Positions 26,670 to 40,604 are shown, counted from the first letter of the stretch. The stretch is 64,000 nucleotides of DNA from Octopus vulgaris (GCA_951406725.2 OX597819.1:51336001-51400000), one strand, 5' to 3'. Translations and numbers: made by a program. The notes: a model not told the origin generated them from the letters alone.

Positions 26670-26975
26670 AGTCACATACTACATAAGTTTAGAAAAATAT
26701 CTAATTGACTCGTTCAATCCTAAGAATTACTGCAGGTACCAATATTAATTTAGTTAATGTCTTAGACATAATCCTAAAGTTAGACTCAGGTGAATACATT
26801 CTCTACAGAAAAAAACCTAACGAAACTTTGTAGGGCAACCACAAAAACTCCAACCGTTCAATCATTTCTTTGTAGCATTAGGAAAATGATCCTGGACACA
26901 TCTGATGAAGAATTCTCTAACTGTACAGCAGACTATTATAGCGATGTATTGCACAAAACCTAGTTTAAGTGGGGT
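26670..26975 (+). pseudogene. Penelope-like element reverse transcriptase remnant
   Basis: RITAGTNINLVNVLDIILKLDSGEYILYRKKPNETL*GNHKNSNR and SIRKMI..SDEEFSNCTADYYSDVL follow the PLE RT pattern VNFLDVTL.L.TG.Y.PYRKPN..P.YI...SNHP. Confidence 0.6.
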
Positions 26976-27963
26976 AATATATTATATATATAATCAGAAC
27001 ATTATATCCACTAAAATAGCATAACTTGGTGTAATCCACCATTTGACTTTACTCTGCAATGGACCAGCGTCCCGTTCAAGGAAAGGAATTTCGTCGACCA
27101 CTTATACCCATGGAAAATGGGTAACTGGTCTTATGAGTTCTAGAATTCGTGAAAAACATTTTTAATCGGTCATTTAGCTTAAATGTCAGTTCAAATATCA
27201 CTTGATCCTTACTTAAATCGAATAAGCAAACATTTCTCATCATAACACAAATTTCTTATGAAAGGTAGCTAAAGCAGTTCAGATAATTTCGTTGCCTCTT
27301 TACCTACAACCATCATTGTTGTTGATGTATTTATCATTATTATGACGTTTAGTTTTATAGTGCTGAAATGCTGAGATATAGAATTCTTGTGCTTAGAGGG
27401 CCAAGACATTACTAGTCATATTTCCCAACTCTCTGTTGTTTCTCTTTAACACCAAAGAGAAGCGAGGCGTGTAGTTAGGCACGGAAACATGTAATACAGA
27501 TTTAAACTCAAGGCATTACATTTCAGCCATTTTACTTGAGAAATGCAGCCTGTAAAAGCCTCACAAAACTACGCCTGCTTTTCATTTACAAGGAAATCAT
27601 CAAGCAAGCAAAGCATTCAGCGTCAACGCATTAAAGATATGCATTTCTCAACAACGAGATTGGATTAAAATTTAAATATCTATCAAAATGAACAGTTAAA
27701 TGGTGGTAAGATAAGCACATTGTCGTATTTGAAATTTCATAGAGACGAAAACCTATTTAATTTCCAATAAATGTTGATCGTATCGCACTACAGGCTTTAT
27801 TGAGAAACTATGAACATATATCTCTGGCTCTTTCTTTTTTATCTTTCTATCCTTCTTTCTTTCTTTCTCTTTTTCTCCTCTCCCTTTTTCTGCCCTTCTC
27901 TCTTTGCTTACACACATGCACATATATGTAAGTATATATCTACACACATACACACATAAATAA

Positions 27964-28005
<42 letters not shown>

Positions 28006-28007
<2 letters not shown>

Positions 28008-28190
28008 AGGCACGTGGTTTAGTGGTTAGGATGTGATACTCATAATCGTAAGATTATGGTTTCGATTCTTGGATCGGGTGACATGAGTTATCCTACGACG
28101 GGGAGGCGCCCCGTCCAGGGTGGGATGGTGGAATATATATACGCCGCAGAATCTGGGAAACAGGCTTTATGTGCCTATGCCTGGGGAAGA
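28006..28190 (+). mobile_element. tRNA-derived SINE fragment (V-domain-like body)
   Basis: TGGTTTAGTGGTTAGG / GGTTTCGATTC head; CCTACGACGGG..CCCGTCCAGGG block. Confidence 0.55.
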
Positions 28191-28754
28191 ACCTTTGATG
28201 ATCATTCTTTATGTGTATCATGCGCGTTTCACGGACTACTTATCTGCCCAACACTGTATTAATTATCAGTTATTTTACATATCTATTCGTATGGAATGAT
28301 TCTTGTTTTGCAGTTCCTTGACATTTCAATCTCTTACTGAACAGATTGATTGAATGGGAAGTTGGGGGAATGTTCACCCATCCTTGCACGAGTGAAAAGA
28401 ATGGCTACTACTGTCTAAGCATGACGCCATCCTAGAAGCACTATAACTGACTTCAGCCAATTGTTTAGTTCAGTCTTGAAGTCTTTTGCATTGGCATTGT
28501 CAATAATGGTACGATCATATTTCTAAAAGCAACAGGTTCCTTTTTCTTCCATTGTTGGAATCCAAGAGCTCAGAATGCTGACTATGATATTAGTAAGCGG
28601 TCATTCCAGGATACTCAGGCTCTGGATATACTTATTTGTATAAACAAGTATATAAACAAGTATATATAAACAAGCATGTATATACATGTATGTATGTATG
28701 TATGTATGTATGTATGTATGTATGTATGTATGTATGTATGTATGTATGTATGTG

Positions 28755-29090
28755 AAGGCGCATGGCTCAGTGGTTAGAGCGCCGAGCTTACGATCGTGAG
28801 GTTGTGAGCTCGAATCCCGGACCGGGCTGCGTGTTGTGTTCTTGAGCAAGACACTTCACGTTGCTCCAGTTAACTCAGCTGTAGAAATGAGTTGCGACAT
28901 CACGGGTGCCAAGCTGTATCGGCCGTTGCCTTTCCCTTGGATAACACTGGTGGCGTGGAGAGGGGAGGCCGGTATGCAAGGGCGACTGCTGGTCTTCCAT
29001 AAACCACCTTGCCCAGATTTGTGACTAGGAGGGTAACTTTCTAGGTGCAATCCCATGGTCAGTGTCGTGACTGAAGGGGGTCCCGGCCAG
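28755..29090 (+). mobile_element. tRNA-derived SINE, family D, inserted in (TATG)n
   Basis: TGGCTCAGTGGTTAGAGCG..GCTCGAATCCC head; TTCTTGAGCAAGACACTT block. Confidence 0.8.
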
Positions 29091-29675
29091 ACGGATGTAT
29101 GTATGCATGTATGTATGTATGTATGTATGTATGTATGTATGTATGTATGTATGCATACATGCATATATGTATGTATATGTATGCTGTACTAAAATGAGAA
29201 GCCGTCATTCCAGAATAATCTTGCCTGAAAGTTCAGATAATTTCAGGCAACGAAATTATCTGAACTGCTTTAGCTACCTTTCATAAGAAATTTGTGCTAT
29301 GATGAGAAATGTTTGCTTATTCGATTTAAGTAAGGATCAAGTGATATTTGAATTGTCGTTTAAGCTAAATGGCAAATTAAAAATGTTTTTCACGAGCTGT
29401 AGGACTCATAAGACCGGTTACCCATTTTCCATGGGCATAAGTGATCGACGATGTGTATGTATATGTATGCATACATATATGTGACCATCTTTTCCAGTGA
29501 TATCAGTATCTGCCTTATCCCTTGCATTGACGATGTTGTGAGCATTATGTCACTTATGACGTTCCTGTAGACTGGATAACTTAGGTTGTCATCGCTTTCT
29601 GGTCCTCCCGACTATTTTCCTCCTATCACCTTCAGCAGCAGGTTCATGGCTGGCACAAACAGAACAACGTCATTT

Positions 29676-29908
29676 GGCGGCGAGCTGGCAGAAACGTTAG
29701 CACGCCGGGCGAAATGCTCAGCAGTATTTCGTCTGTCACTACGTTCTGAGTTCAAATTCCGCCGAGGTCGACTTTGCCTTTCATCCTTTCGGGGTCGATT
29801 AAATAAGTACCAGTTACGCACTGGGGTCGATATAATCTACTTAATCCGTTTGTCTGTCCTTGTTTGCCCTCTCTATGTTTAGCCCCTTGTGAGCAATAAA
29901 CAAATAGG
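29676..29908 (+). mobile_element. SINE family B monomer with 19-bp TSD
   Basis: TSD AAACAGAACAACGTCATTT at 29657-29675 and 29909-29927; the core GCCTTTCATCCTTTCGGGGTCGA..AAGTACCAG resembles, from memory, the Meta/MESC SINE domain. Confidence 0.9.
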
Positions 29909-30573
29909 AAACAGAACAACGTCATTTGGTGGTGAAATTTCCCCCGCTGAATTTCAACCTCAGCGAATTCATGAGGGATATTACGAGTTCGATTGTTGTG
30001 GTTAGTATTTGGTAGTATTCCAGTACACTTAGAATTAGAGGGTGGGCGACACTTGAGTCAACCTTGGTGACATCTAACCATACTGCAATTAATTCATTCT
30101 GTCTCTGTGTGTGTGTGTGTGTGCCTGTATATATGTAAATACACAAGTACGTATACACATATATGTATATATGTATGTATGCATATATGTATGTGTATGT
30201 TGTACTAAAGTGAAGCTTCAATCTAATGTCAGTGATTTTGTATACAACGTCGCATAAAGGCAAAACATGTGTGTAGATTATATAAAGATATGTAGATATC
30301 TTTCTGCACACATACACACACACACATATACATAAATATATATATATGTGTGTGTGTGTGTGTACGTGTATATATTCATATAGATATATGCCTATGCACA
30401 TATATCTATTTGTATAGAAACATAGTTATACACACACACATATATATACACACGTATATATATATATCTATGCATGTGGTGCAATTTTGTATGTGATTAT
30501 ATATAAACAACTGTAAGCGTATCTCTTTACAAGCAACATGTGTACTGTGTATGCCTTTTTCTGGATAGAAATA

Positions 30574-30784
<211 letters not shown>

Positions 30785-31032
30785 TTGATGTACCCAACCA
30801 TAGAGAAAGCTAAATATGTTACGTTATACTGTTTTCCTGTTTATAAAAATCAACATTGGCGGAAGAGAAAACCAGAAAAATGGAGCCTCTGTGAGAGATA
30901 AAAAGAGGGAGAAGATAGAAAGAGAAAGAGAAAAATACATACGGAAGCAGAGAGGTAGAGCGCAAGCGAAAGAGAGAATGAGGTTATGTGAGAGAGAGAG
31001 TGAGAGAGAGAGAAAGTGAGAGTAAGAAAGAA

Positions 31033-31064
<32 letters not shown>

Positions 31065-31392
31065 CTGAGATAGGACGAGGTATTTATTCTACAATTTCCA
31101 AAACCAAATACTTAAAATAAAAACGAAGTTTAAACGCAAGATCAGGAACTCAGAAAAAGACATGCGTTCACACATGCATTTCTTTCATACGCACACACAT
31201 ACACACACATAAACTTATACAACCACACATTCGTGTGCATATATGCAGTTGCACATGTGCAATAATAAACATGGGCACATACACACACACACACGCACAC
31301 ACACAAAAAAAACATTGGAAACCGAGAGAAAAACCATACCTACATCAATACGAAAACGCTGTCACATCCACACATTGAAAAGCATGTTTCAA

Positions 31393-31486
<94 letters not shown>

Positions 31487-31626
31487 GTGCAGAAATACGT
31501 ACAGACATCAAACGATGTATGTTGTATACATACCCATAATACAGCAAACTATATTTCTTCGCGTTATTAAAACAGCAACATTTTTTTCAGAAGAGAAGTA
31601 CATGTGTGTGCTTGTCTGTCTGTATT

Positions 31627-31682
<56 letters not shown>

Positions 31683-32571
31683 TGTATAATGTATGTAAGT
31701 ATGTGCATATGTGTATGTTGTATGTATGTGCGTGTGTTCATATGTATGTACAATCATATGTAGAGTTTTGTGTCAGTGTGTGTGTGTGTGTATGTATGTT
31801 TGTATATGATGCAAAGTAATCCTCTAAACACAATATTGATGTTGCTTTGTAAACAAAATTGACACAATATTGCATACATCCCAAATATACGTATGATAAA
31901 CTGAAGACATACTTTTTACTTCACACACACACACACACACAAAAACACACAGACTCACATGTGTGTGCATGACTGTTTGCATACATACGTACATACACGC
32001 ATGTATGTATGTATGTATGTATGTATGTATGTATGTATGTATGTATGTATGTACACATCTATGTACACATCTATACATATTTTGTATTGTAAAGTAATTT
32101 CAAGATTAACAATATATTCTTAAGTAGAGATTCGACACTAAAAGCTCAGACGAAAATGATTACAAACATCGTTTAAACCGTGGCTCTAAACTTCACCCGC
32201 CGGCTTATGCTACCCGTGATGAGAAAAATTCATTCTGAAGTATTTATAGGAAACGGAAGAACGCTTCCATAATACAAGTCAGTACTGAGTTGCTGAAATA
32301 CATTTAATGCCGAAATTCTCAAAATATGATTATATTTTGCCGGGGAGCAAAAATTCTGTTTAAAAAAACTTTGAAGTCATATAAGCACTTATCAGAGTAA
32401 GCCAGGTGTGGTATCACCAAGAGACAAGATGAAACAGAAAAATACATAATGTACATTTGAAGGCAAAGATAGGTCAACGATTAATCATGTAAGAAATAAG
32501 GATACAAGAGTATTGTTCCTAGTAAAATCATGTAGTGAAAGTCAAAGCTACAAAGCTAAAAATAGGATAAG

Positions 32572-32935
32572 TCGTGGCTGTGTGGTAAGAAGCTTGCTTC
32601 CCAGCTCGATGGTTCTGGGTTCAGTCCTACTGTGTGGCATCTTCGGCGAATGTCTTCTACTAAAGCGTTGGGAGTGGATTTAGTAGAAGGAAACTAAAAG
32701 AAGCCTGCCGTATATATAAGTATATATCTGTGTCTTTGTGTCTGTTTCCTCCACCACCACCATCACCGCTTGACAACTGGTATTGGCATGTTTATGTCCC
32801 CGTAAACTAGCGGTTCATCAAAACAGACGGATAGAATAAATACAAGGTTTTAAAAAAATATGCCCAGGGGTCGATTTGTTCGACTAAAACTCTTGAAAGC
32901 GATGCTCCAGTATGGCCGCAGTCAAATGAGTGAAG
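32572..32935 (+). mobile_element. SINE family A (diverged)
   Basis: Family A head and tail motifs present. Confidence 0.8.
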
Positions 32936-32969
32936 CATGTTTAGAGAAGGAAAATAACAGAATAACCTT

Positions 32970-33354
<385 letters not shown>

Positions 33355-33944
33355 ATGAGCTGATTCCGAGTTCGATTCCAATCAAGAAGAGGTACTATTA
33401 ACATGGGACGTTTTGGTATAGCCATCTTGTCGCAGTTTATCTGGCGTTACTGATTCGACGTTGATTTATTTGATATCAGACGTTTTAATGTTTCCCTCTC
33501 TCCCTCTCTTTCCCCTGTCTCTTTACATCTCTCTCTTTGTTATGCGTGAGCAACTATTTCTGTTTGTATGTATTCTCTCTCTCTCTGTCTCTCTCTCTCT
33601 CTTCCACCCTATATGCCACACTCCTCACACTCCATTTCTGTATGCATGCATTTCTTTGCACACGCATGTGTTTGTCGCCAGCGCTAACGCGTACTTCGCC
33701 AAAACACGTTGGTTTGTCCCCTCAGCTGTGCCAGATAGTCAACGTCTAAACAGCTTCGCCCAATCCTCTCATTCGGTATGAACACGATGAATATTTAAAT
33801 GGTAAAATTAATAGCATAATCAAGTAAAGGTTTCAGCTTTATATTTCTTCCAAAAATTTAACTTCTCAATAATCCTACTGAAACTTATCTATCATACATA
33901 GTATGTTTAAAGAACTCAAAGACTAATATACATGAATATTTGCA

Positions 33945-33980
<36 letters not shown>

Positions 33981-33989
33981 TGTATTTCA

Positions 33990-34052
<63 letters not shown>

Positions 34053-34074
34053 TATATACATAGATATATACATA

Positions 34075-34230
34075 GAGAGAGTTTACGAAAAGGACAAAAG
34101 ACAAAGACAGGTGATGTACAAAACAAACAGATGTATTAGTATAACGCTCAGGAATAGAAAAAGTCTTTTACGTTTCGAGCATACGCTCTTCTACAGAAAG
34201 GGACACAGAAAAAACAAGGAGAGAAACAAG
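34075..34230 (-). mobile_element. Short repeat family G with hammerhead-like motif (34165-34200)
   Basis: Matches 42918-43106, 52930-53130 and an internally deleted copy at 34775-34905; adjacent to (TA)n. Confidence 0.75.
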
Positions 34231-34683
34231 GATATATATATATATATATAGATTCCCTGTGTTTGTGAAAATTTTGTATCTCTGCTGTAAGGCTTCATTT
34301 CCACACAGTCCAGCTGAATTCAATTAGTCCCCAGTTGAAAGACACCTGTTGTTATATCCTGTTATTATTATTATTATTTAAATTTTTGTTGTATTTATAT
34401 TTGTGCAACATTGTTCGTTTTTCCGTCCTTGGTTTTGTACACATCCGATGCTTTCTTCCAAAGAATCTAATGCTCCTAGCTTAGTTTTTCCATGGGGCTG
34501 ACCAGATTAGAGCAATCTGAAGATTAATCGGGCGAAATTGCGAGGATGATCCGGTTCTTGACTGAGGAAAGAGAGCTTCGAATGACCCATCCTTGTTTTT
34601 TTTGTATCGTATATCTGGATGTTTTGTTGTCCCTTTTTGTATCACCTAGTTGTCCGGATGTTTGGCGTTCTTGTCCCATTTCG

Positions 34684-34737
<54 letters not shown>

Positions 34738-34904
34738 CGGCGTACGTACACTTTGTTCTCTTGTATATATATATAGGGTGAATTCACAAAAAAAAAAAAA
34801 AAATGCGAAGACAGGTGGTGTAGACAACAAACAGATGTATTACTATAACGTCGGGGAAGGAACACAGAAAGAAACAAGGAGAGAAAATAAAGAATGTGTA
34901 GTGG

Positions 34905-34954
34905 CTAGCGAAAGCCTTGTCAATGGATTTGGTAGACGGAAACTGAAAGAAGCT

Positions 34955-35010
<56 letters not shown>

Positions 35011-35200
35011 GTTCCCCCACCATGACTGCTTGATAACCGGTGTTTGTGTGTTTCGGCAAAAGAGACTGATAATATAAGTACAAGGCTTTAAAAAGCAAAA
35101 CAAAAAAAATAGTCCCTGGGTCGATTTGTTCGATTAAAACCTTTCAAGACGGTGATCGCCGTCAAATCACTGAAACAAGTAAAAGAATAAAAGAATAAAG
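34905..35200 (+). mobile_element. SINE family A, 5'-truncated
   Basis: Family A body and tail; shares an internal deletion with 36192-36545. Confidence 0.8.
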
Positions 35201-35229
35201 GAATATGTATATGCAACGATACAAACACA

Positions 35230-35280
<51 letters not shown>

Positions 35281-36191
35281 CTTTTAAGCGTAAGTGCATT
35301 AAGTAATGTATTTGAGTAGAACGTTTTAGAAGTCACAATGGTATCGTAAATTACAGATTGAATAGAATTTACGGTTTGCTATTAATTTTATGGAATATGG
35401 TATGTAATACTAATATTTAATTGTCTATATAAAACAAAGGTATTTCTCTAAGTTTTAAAATTTGATATAAAAGTGAAGTACACAACATATATTAAACCTT
35501 AATTTTAGTATCTGTCTATGAAATTAGCTCGGTAAACACAGATAATTCTGAACAGAAACATGAAATGTAACAAATTTAGTACTAATCTATATATTTGAAT
35601 ACGTTTAGCTGTATCAATATGTAAGACAGTATATCGGTATTTCAGATGTATTTAATTAATAAATACACTTGCCGATATATTTAGCTGTGTGTGAATGGAA
35701 TGCATGTATACGCAGATAGAAAACGCCATACGGAAAATAAGTCATAACTAAACATGAACTTCATTTCATCGAATTGACCATGAAGGTAGAACACAGATAA
35801 AGGGAGCTGCGGGCTGGAAAGAGACATTAATGTGTATGAAAACGACAAAGATGGAAAAAAATGGGAAGGGCACCGGCGCCCGCCGACCGATAACCCACTC
35901 GAAATCACTGTTCAATTTAAATCAATATAAATCAAAATCATAATCGCAAAAATTAAAAAATTACAATTACAAATTACAAAAATATATTTTTCATTAATCT
36001 TCGTCTTCCTCATCCGGGCCCCCAAGTAAGTTTCCTGCCACCTGCAGGGAAGCCTGCATCAGCAGGCCCGGGCCGAGGAAAACAAAATCTTTGTTTCAGG
36101 TCTTTCTTACCTCAATCAGTTCTTCCTGATTTACGACATCCTCTAAACATAAACTTACACGCACAAAAATGTATTATGCATACACATAGAT

Positions 36192-36545
36192 GCGCAGCCG
36201 TGGCTGTGTGGTAAGGAGCTTCCTTCCCAACTACATGGCACCGGGTTCAGTCACACTGCGTGGCAACTTCGGCATGTGTGTTCTACTATATTCTCGGACC
36301 GACGAAAGCCTCATCAGTGTATTTGGTAGGGCGAAAACTGAATGAAGCTCGTCGTATGTATGTATGTGTGTGTGTCTCTGTGTGTGTGTGCGTGTGTGTG
36401 TTTCTGTGTTCGTTCCCCCACCATCACTGCTTGATAACCGGTGTTTGTGTGTTTCGGCAAAAGAGACCGATAATATAAGTACAAGGCTTTAAAAAACAAC
36501 AAAAAGGTCCTTAGGTCGATTTGTTCGATTAAAAACCTTATAAAT
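36192..36545 (+). mobile_element. SINE family A
   Basis: Head GTGGCTGTGTGGTAAG; 3'-truncated. Confidence 0.8.
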
Positions 36546-36649
36546 CACAACGTTGGTATACAGCGTCGTGAGTCCTAGCAGTGCAAAGAAAAACAATGAC
36601 CAACACATGCGCGGAAGCAAGCTTCTTACCACACAGTCACGCCTGCGCC

Positions 36650-36810
36650 TATATGTAGGGTGTGGTATCAGTTCGATTCTCTCAGGTTTCTGGGGTTTAT
36701 GCTGGGTCGTTCGAGCAGTATGAGGTCCTGCGTCATCTTGCTGTAGAAGAGTTCGCTTTCTGTCAATCAATGCCGAGTATTTTTGCCGCACAATGGCATA
36801 CAATCACTTG
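36650..36810 (-). pseudogene. Mariner transposase fragment
   Basis: RKRTLLQQDDAGPHTARTT..IELIPHPTY corresponds to HDNARPH..ELLPHPPY. Confidence 0.75.
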
Positions 36811-37138
36811 AGCACTCAACAGAATACCTTGCTATATTTGTTCCGACTATCTTTACTATGAGTTCAAACCCTAGTGAGAGCATATTTGTCTTTCATCCTT
36901 TTGGAGGCCACAAGAAGTACCAATCCAGAGTATTGGGTTATCGGAAGTTTAAGAAAGCCGGATTGGATGTCATGTGGTTTTTGCTAGGCATGTTTGAGTT
37001 CTGAGTTCAAATCCCATCTCGGGCTACTTGGGTGATAGACATAATCCGTGACCTGGTTTAACAGTTCCACACCATAAAACGTTCGAGTTTGCCTCCGAAT
37101 GCATACATACATATGTGTGTGTATGTGTGTGTGTGTGT

Positions 37139-37183
<45 letters not shown>

Positions 37184-38019
37184 TGTGTTTAGTATGATCC
37201 TTACGTTAGACGTCCTTAGTGAAGTATATGGGACCATATGTTCATTGAGGGTGTCTAGCAAGATGGAAACAAGCCTGATTGCTGATTCGTTCATCAATTG
37301 CCTTTGAAGAACTTTTCGAATATCCGTTTTCTAAATTATCCAGATTTTGATCTACTGATCCTGCTCGTTGTTTTCAGATTTTAAACTCTGTTGAATAGAA
37401 TATTTGTCTGTGAAATTCCGTTTTAACAGATGATCGACTATAAATCTTTTATATGACATGAGTCTACACAATTTCCGTCTACAAAATTCCCTCACAAGGT
37501 ACTATAGTAGAAGACACTGCAAAGGTGCCGTGCTGTGGAATCGAAACCAAAACCACATCGTTGCAAAGCGGGGTTCTTAACCACACACCCATCTCTACAC
37601 CCATGTTTTTCATAAGATCAATTTTAGAGCAATTAATTTCGTATCGGGTTTTATTTCTAAAAAATGTTCATAGCTTCAGACTGGGTTCGAACTGCGAAAC
37701 TATAATACAGTTGGTTTAGAAACACCGTTTATTTGTAGTTCAGCTGAATACACGTCATTGATTGGTTGAAATTACCGAAATACGAAAACTTTAACGTGAA
37801 ATAACTTCTTAAATATAAGCTTTTCTCAAAAACGCTAAGAATAAAATATATTCTATATGACACATTCTACCAGTGTCCGAAGTTTCAAAGTGTTTAGTTA
37901 CAAAAATTATTTTTTAAATCTGTCAGTCAAAAGCAGATTTGAATGTGAATATATTAATCACTATTGTGTTTCGCCACCAAAGCATAACTTCGCCATTACG
38001 ACGAATGTGAGTTCATAAC

Positions 38020-40218
38020 ATAGTTACTCCATCAGGGCAAGGGACTCTGGATCAGCTGGTGTTTCGACACTGTTGGGCCACGTCAGCCAGGGCCTGATAA
38101 ATTTAAAAAGAGTCGTTGCTCTTGTCTGTAACATCAGTAAACAAACTGTTTGCTGATCTGTGATGATATTTGTCAACGATAATAACTCGTTATATGCACG
38201 GTGAACAACGAGAATCAAAACCATGAATTCCATATGTATATTCTTAATACGCTCGAGCAGATTCGAACACGAAAATGCTAATTGCTGTTGCATTTCGTCA
38301 CAGGAACACAACTTCTCCTTTACAACGAATGTGTGTTCATAACACCCGATTCTGTAGTGCAAAGATATTTATATAAACTACTGTTGTAAAAGAGAAGAAT
38401 AGAAAAGACATCGTTATGCTTCTGGAAATTAACTTCCTTGGGAATTTGAATATCACATCCCAAGGTCAGTGAAGTAGAAACTCTTTAAGGCTAGCTATTT
38501 CAACGCTTTCAACTTCTATTCCCTGATTATTGGTTTACGCCTATGTCTTTAATTATTGCTAAACCTTACGTTTAGGCAATTTACTTTATCAAATGTTTAA
38601 GAAATAACATTAAGAAGCTTGGGTTAATGATTATGAAGAAAACACTTAGAAATTCTGAAACTTTAATGTATTATAGTAATATGAAAATATGAAAGATATT
38701 AAAAGAGGGCCGCTGCTTGTTTCTTATAGACAGGTAATTACATTTCTATCGCTCACGTTCTGCCTTTTGTTTTCTCTATCTCTTTCAACGTCATTTTACC
38801 ATCTCTCGTTCTTTAATGAATCAATCTGCTTATTTCCTGTTAAAAGCATTGATTTACTGTCAATGAATTATAACGCTTCACTTCATTTATTGTCTCGACA
38901 ATAGCGAGGGAATGATTGTTGCCAGTTAAAAAAGAATTTTTAATGAAAAAGAAAGTATATCCAATGGATATCCTTCTGGCGCTAAAATAATTACAGTTTA
39001 AAACAAGATATCATGACTTTACACTTTGGGTGTGAGTCAGTTGCCATACATTAGAATAAACAATTATGTGTAACGCATTTACCATTAGTGCTCAATGTTT
39101 TCTCATAGTTAGAATATCCAAAGAGCAGTCAGCTTAACATAGATGGTATGGAGGGAATAATGGCAGGTACATGGAGTAAGGTGATGAATTTCATCAGAAA
39201 TTTAGCTGTCTTGTCAACGCGTTTTCTCAACACTGCTCCCTTACACTTCAAACATTGCTATCCACATTTATTGTTCACTGCAATTACTTCCTCATTAATT
39301 AGCTGATTCACTTATTTTTTCATACCCACCGATCATTTCTTGATCGCTTTATATCGAAGAACCATTGTCCGAAACGTCAGATTTGTTCACTCTGCGCATC
39401 TATAAACGCTTTTGTATTAGAAGCTCAAGAGACGTATCCTACAGATGTTATAATGTAAAATGCAATCTAAAGTATATACTACGCCTTGACCCCTTGAAGC
39501 GGTAAGTTACACATATTTAAGATTTCTATTAGAATTTAGATAATCCAACCAACTTATAGTCAATCTTCATAATGGACAGAGTACAGGAGCTAGAACATGA
39601 CATTAAAAAGTAACTATTTTGTTGACAGTCTGCCATCATATTGATTGTGCCTGCTGCGAAAGTTCTACCATAATTAGAGTTTTGATAAAACCACTATATA
39701 TAAAGTTTTGCGATAGAACTATAACATTCTTTAACATTTGATCAACCAAACCTCTTTCCTCTTTTAAAACAAATTCCAGTCATATTAAACCTGTTCCCTA
39801 CAAGAGATTAGTAATTCTGTCAAATGTAAAATACACAGTCTCAGCTCTTTTACAATTACCTTAGATCGTGTTCCAAAAGGGAAATGTTCTAGTCTAAGGA
39901 ATCAATATTTTGACTGCAAAGAGGGTAGCTATAAAAAGAACAGAAACAGTAAAACGTCAGCTAAAATGCGGTTAGTTACAAACTATATTTAGATTTGTAT
40001 CACAGGTTTAAATCTATGAAGGTTCATCATACCTTCATAATGTCAATTCCACCAGTTGTGCTCATAAGGAGAATGCTGTCGAATACTGTTGAAAAAGAAA
40101 CAACTGCTTTCAAGGTCTGACGAACAAAAGAGGTTTTACTTGTGTAAAAGTCTTTGCATATAGTCGTTATATTTTTTTCTGTCTCTAAAATGTAAAAGGT
40201 AAAATCTTTTGAACTAAC
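38020..40218 (-). pseudogene. Decayed multi-exon piggyBac-transposase-like gene
   Basis: GT-AG-bounded segments 40033-40218, 39860-39928 and from 39797; colinear degenerate motifs KLPSLQSKY*, NTI*GNRF, GVKA*..GYV, HTIYV, KGEVVF, VVHRAYN..TDQ. Confidence 0.5.
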
Positions 40219-40567
40219 CTTAGAAAAGAAAAACAGCAACAGCAACAGTAAAAAAGTTATATGTAGAAAAAAATAACTAGTATGAATAATACTAACTAGA
40301 GTGAATAAACATTGCAACGTGATAAATTACTACGCAGTTCAGTGATACTTCGGCATATTTTCTAAGCTTTTCTTTTTATTTTGAAGTTCAAATCCTATAG
40401 ACACAAGCGTGTCTGTGTGGTAAGGAAATTGGTCCTCAACCACAAGGTTTAGGATTCAATCTCGCTGCGAGGAATCATGGGCAATTGTCTTCTGCTAAAA
40501 CCGATGGCTGATCAAAGACTTGTGAATGGATTTGGCAGACGGAAACTGAAGGAAACCCGTGGTGTAA

Positions 40568-40604
<37 letters not shown>

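Larger units (their letters stand above)
27091..29451. repeat. 207-bp inverted duplication (27091-27297 / 29245-29451)
   Basis: Ungapped reverse-complement match with 14 mismatches by manual count. Confidence 0.9.

Noticed and set aside
28755-28830. tRNA-like sequences (also at 13645, 33290, 63660)
   Set aside because: SINE heads continuing into SINE bodies, with no proper acceptor stem
38055-38092. CTGACGT..GAAAC hammerhead-like string on the minus strand
   Set aside because: Core mismatch and no UH site; lies in the piggyBac-like region
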